A stretch of 46,478 bases of DNA from a virus: the UHGV virus genome UHGV-1365323; one strand, given 5' to 3'. The notes beneath the pieces are model-generated. The model did not search any database and was not told the DNA's origin. It worked only from the letters and a program-made list of their open reading frames with translations. Below, in pieces: positions 44,883-46,478 of this stretch. Each line of letters starts with the position of its first letter. The stretch's first letter is position 1. A program made the translations under genes and the position numbers.

Positions 44883-45299
44883 TTACTGTTGCTGCTCCAG
44901 TAGCTTCTCCAGTCGCTCAAGGCGCGCCGCAAGCTCTGTTACTTCCGCGACGTCAAGGCCGGTCTTAATAACTTCGGCAAACATCTTGCCAAGGTCGGCG
45001 GGAATAATGCCGGATGCAATGCCGCGAATGACTGCGTCAATCTTCTCTACCGGAGTTCCATCATCCGGGAAGTCTACCTCAAACACAGGGGCTACAGGCT
45101 TGGGTAGGGGGTTGAACCGCACGATAAGCTCTTTCATCATTGCGGTATCGCGCTCAATCATTGCCATTTCAATAATGGTATCGTACAGCTTTTCCTCGCT
45201 GAATCCCTTGCGCTCAAGAGCCTCTACAAGCAGCTTTCTCTTGTCCTTCCCGCGTTTGTTCTGTGGTTGATTTTCGCTACTGAATAGTTTTTTAGCCAT
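44883..45299 (-). CDS. terS: Terminase small subunit.
   Basis: Basic N-terminal DNA-binding segment (NKRGKDKRK), a coiled-coil C-terminus, and position immediately upstream of the HNH and large-subunit genes. Confidence 0.55.
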   Translation of the reverse strand: MAKKLFSSENQPQNKRGKDKRKLLVEALERKGFSEEKLYDTIIEMAMIERDTAMMKELIVRFNPLPKPVAPVFEVDFPDDGTPVEKIDAVIRGIASGIIPADLGKMFAEVIKTGLDVAEVTELAARLERLEKLLEQQQ

Positions 45300-45375
45300 A
45301 GATAAAACCTATCAATATTCCGCTATTTTTCCGTTATTGGATATTGTATCAGATTCTACACCATGTCGCATGAGC

Positions 45376-45401
45376 CATAAAAAATACCCGCCGAAGCGGG
45401 T
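45376..45401 (-). terminator. Intrinsic terminator for leftward transcription (ACCCGC-CGAA-GCGGGT followed by ATTTTTTAT on the reverse strand), separating the small-gene array from the terminase genes.
   Basis: 6-bp GC stem and a T-run on the leftward transcript. Confidence 0.5.
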
Positions 45402-45598
45402 TAAATGGTGGTGGGTGATGATTGATGAGATGATTGTACATCAGTTTTCGCATAACACCAAACATTACAGTTATTGCTTTTAACATGAACCACCTCAATC
45501 GCATCAGGGAAGGCTTTGGCGATTGCTGTTATAAAGTGGTCAACGCCTTCAATCTGCGCAGCCTTCCACACCTCCTGCTTTGATTTTTGCGGCATCAC
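45401..45598 (-). CDS. Hypothetical protein, 65 aa.
   Basis: ORF; TGATG coupling with the upstream small gene. Confidence 0.4.
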   Translation of the reverse strand: MMPQKSKQEVWKAAQIEGVDHFITAIAKAFPDAIEVVHVKSNNCNVWCYAKTDVQSSHQSSPTTI

Positions 45599-45752
45599 TG
45601 ATACCTCGTCGTCGAGTACATATGGCGAAGCATGCTGTTATGCTCAACCACCATCATCATGCTGCCAACCTGAATGACATCATGATGCTTTCCGGTCTCC
45701 TCATACAGAAAGTCAGCCTCTTCGCATGCAGCCTGAATATCGCTCCACAGCA
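45597..45752 (-). CDS. Small ORF, 52 aa.
   Basis: GAGGTG Shine-Dalgarno; coupled stops and starts. Confidence 0.3.
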
Positions 45753-45755
45753 TGA

Positions 45756-45848
45756 TTCACCTCACGATAAAGTAGACGGCTAATGCAGCAGCAATCCAGA
45801 ATGCCAGCAGTGATACGGCAATCAGTCTGCGGATGATGTAGGGTTTCA
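45756..45848 (-). CDS. Membrane peptide, 30 aa.
   Basis: Strong GGAGGT Shine-Dalgarno; single hydrophobic helix. Confidence 0.3.
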
Positions 45849-46097
45849 TGACTTACCTCCGTTGAGCATGGCGGCGCGGCAGGCGCTTTCTTCGGCGTCC
45901 AGCTCAGCAATAATTTCATCGTCCATTATGCTAAGCGCCTGGCGAACATCCTCCGGTACTACCGGCGCTGGCTGCGGGGCGGTACGTCGAGCGTACCTAA
46001 AACCGGCTCGGAAGGCGTCCGAAAGCTGGCTGTGACCGTCAACCTTCAGGCGATGAAGCTGTAGCGCGGCATTAAGCTCATCGTCGGTTACAGCCAC
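45846..46097 (-). CDS. Hypothetical protein, 83 aa; GTG start.
   Basis: ORF. Confidence 0.4.
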   Translation of the reverse strand: MAVTDDELNAALQLHRLKVDGHSQLSDAFRAGFRYARRTAPQPAPVVPEDVRQALSIMDDEIIAELDAEESACRAAMLNGGKS

Positions 46098-46100
46098 CGG

Positions 46101-46240
46101 CTAGCTGTCCATTGCGGCCAGCGCCAAGCAGGCCAGCTCTTCCGCTTCTTCTGCTGGCAGCATTACGTTGCTTCCTGCGCCGTAAATTTCCCGCCAGGAT
46201 TTAATTTTTACCAGGCGCTCTCTGGTTAATTTGCTGGTCA
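46101..46240 (-). CDS. Small ORF, 46 aa.
   Basis: AGGAG Shine-Dalgarno. Confidence 0.3.
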
Positions 46241-46456
46241 TTGGTTGGCTCCTGGCTTATTGATGCTCGATGTTATATTCCGACCGCAGTCGCAGCAGTA
46301 GAACGCTTTCCCGCCGCGAATGCCGCTGGTGTGCTGCCCCTCAAGGAATGAACCATCCCAAGCATAAAACTGTTTGTAATCCACAACCTCTTTCGTGTGG
46401 AATCCATTCTCACCGCCGCAGTGCGGGCATGATTTCGGGTTTTCTATAGCCATCAC
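46238..46456 (-). CDS. Zinc-ribbon protein (CPHCGG...CCDCG); possibly Lar-like.
   Basis: Cys pattern resembling Lar-family zinc ribbons. Confidence 0.45.
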   Translation of the reverse strand: MMAIENPKSCPHCGGENGFHTKEVVDYKQFYAWDGSFLEGQHTSGIRGGKAFYCCDCGRNITSSINKPGANQ

Positions 46457-46478
46457 TCAGCCTCCGCCTTGATGCCGG

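Noticed and set aside
1-46478. CRISPR arrays, integrase, attachment site or repressor; the tRNA-like element as a 3' tRNA fragment marking an attachment site.
   Set aside because: No direct-repeat/spacer arrays. No tyrosine or serine recombinase and no CI-like repressor among the ORFs. The tRNA-like element is full length, with its D-arm present, rather than a 3' fragment, so a virulent lifestyle is inferred.

Overview
This window is a near-complete genome segment of a virulent, tailed dsDNA phage of enterobacteria (siphovirus-type). No integrase or repressor is visible. The gene order is loosely T1-like (Drexlerviridae-like), but I cannot confirm that without a database search.

The modules, from left to right:
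- Positions 1-1132: three leftward genes, the leftmost of which runs off the window edge.
- Positions 1100-1455: an AT-rich divergent control region containing a perfect palindrome and GGGGCA/TGCCCC iteron-like repeats.
- Positions 1456-10655: a rightward replication and recombination module: a P-loop protein, an ASCH protein, a convergently oriented Zn-ribbon/TOPRIM primase, an SF2 DEAH helicase, a VRR-NUC nuclease, a PD-(D/E)XK exonuclease, a Sak4/RecA-like ATPase and SSB. It ends at a bidirectional terminator at 11168-11190.
- Positions 11193-24151: leftward tail genes: a beta-helix tailspike, a J-like tip protein, K/L/M-like minor tail proteins, a 1095-aa tape measure protein, a chaperone, and a major tail protein with an Ig-like domain.
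- Positions 24321-26241: head-tail connector genes.
- Positions 28952-31898: the major capsid protein (followed by a strong terminator), a decoration-like protein and a protease/scaffold fusion.
- Positions 32081-34064: an array of eight small genes.
- Positions 36800-37933: the lysis cassette: endolysin, holin, and an i-spanin with an embedded o-spanin.
- Positions 38515-45299: a MuF-like head morphogenesis protein, portal, terminase large subunit and terminase small subunit.
- Positions 45401-46456: a right-end array of small genes.

The features that stand out:
- Eight homing-endonuclease genes (six HNH-AP2, one HNH-Zn, one T5orf172/GIY-YIG-like) are scattered through the genome.
- Rightward 'moron' units are embedded in the leftward late operons. 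Each sits behind a copy of an almost invariant promoter, TTGACGTAGATTG (six copies plus one TTGACA-N17-TAGATT variant), and most units are closed by an intrinsic terminator.
- One such unit encodes a ParB-nuclease-like protein followed by a 179-aa homolog of beta sliding clamp DnaN domains II and III that lacks domain I.
- A tRNA-Arg(TCT)-like gene at 24243-24320 has a non-pairing acceptor stem.
- There are a structured hairpin in front of one HNH gene, a candidate frameshift site, and two cassettes flanked by endonuclease genes.
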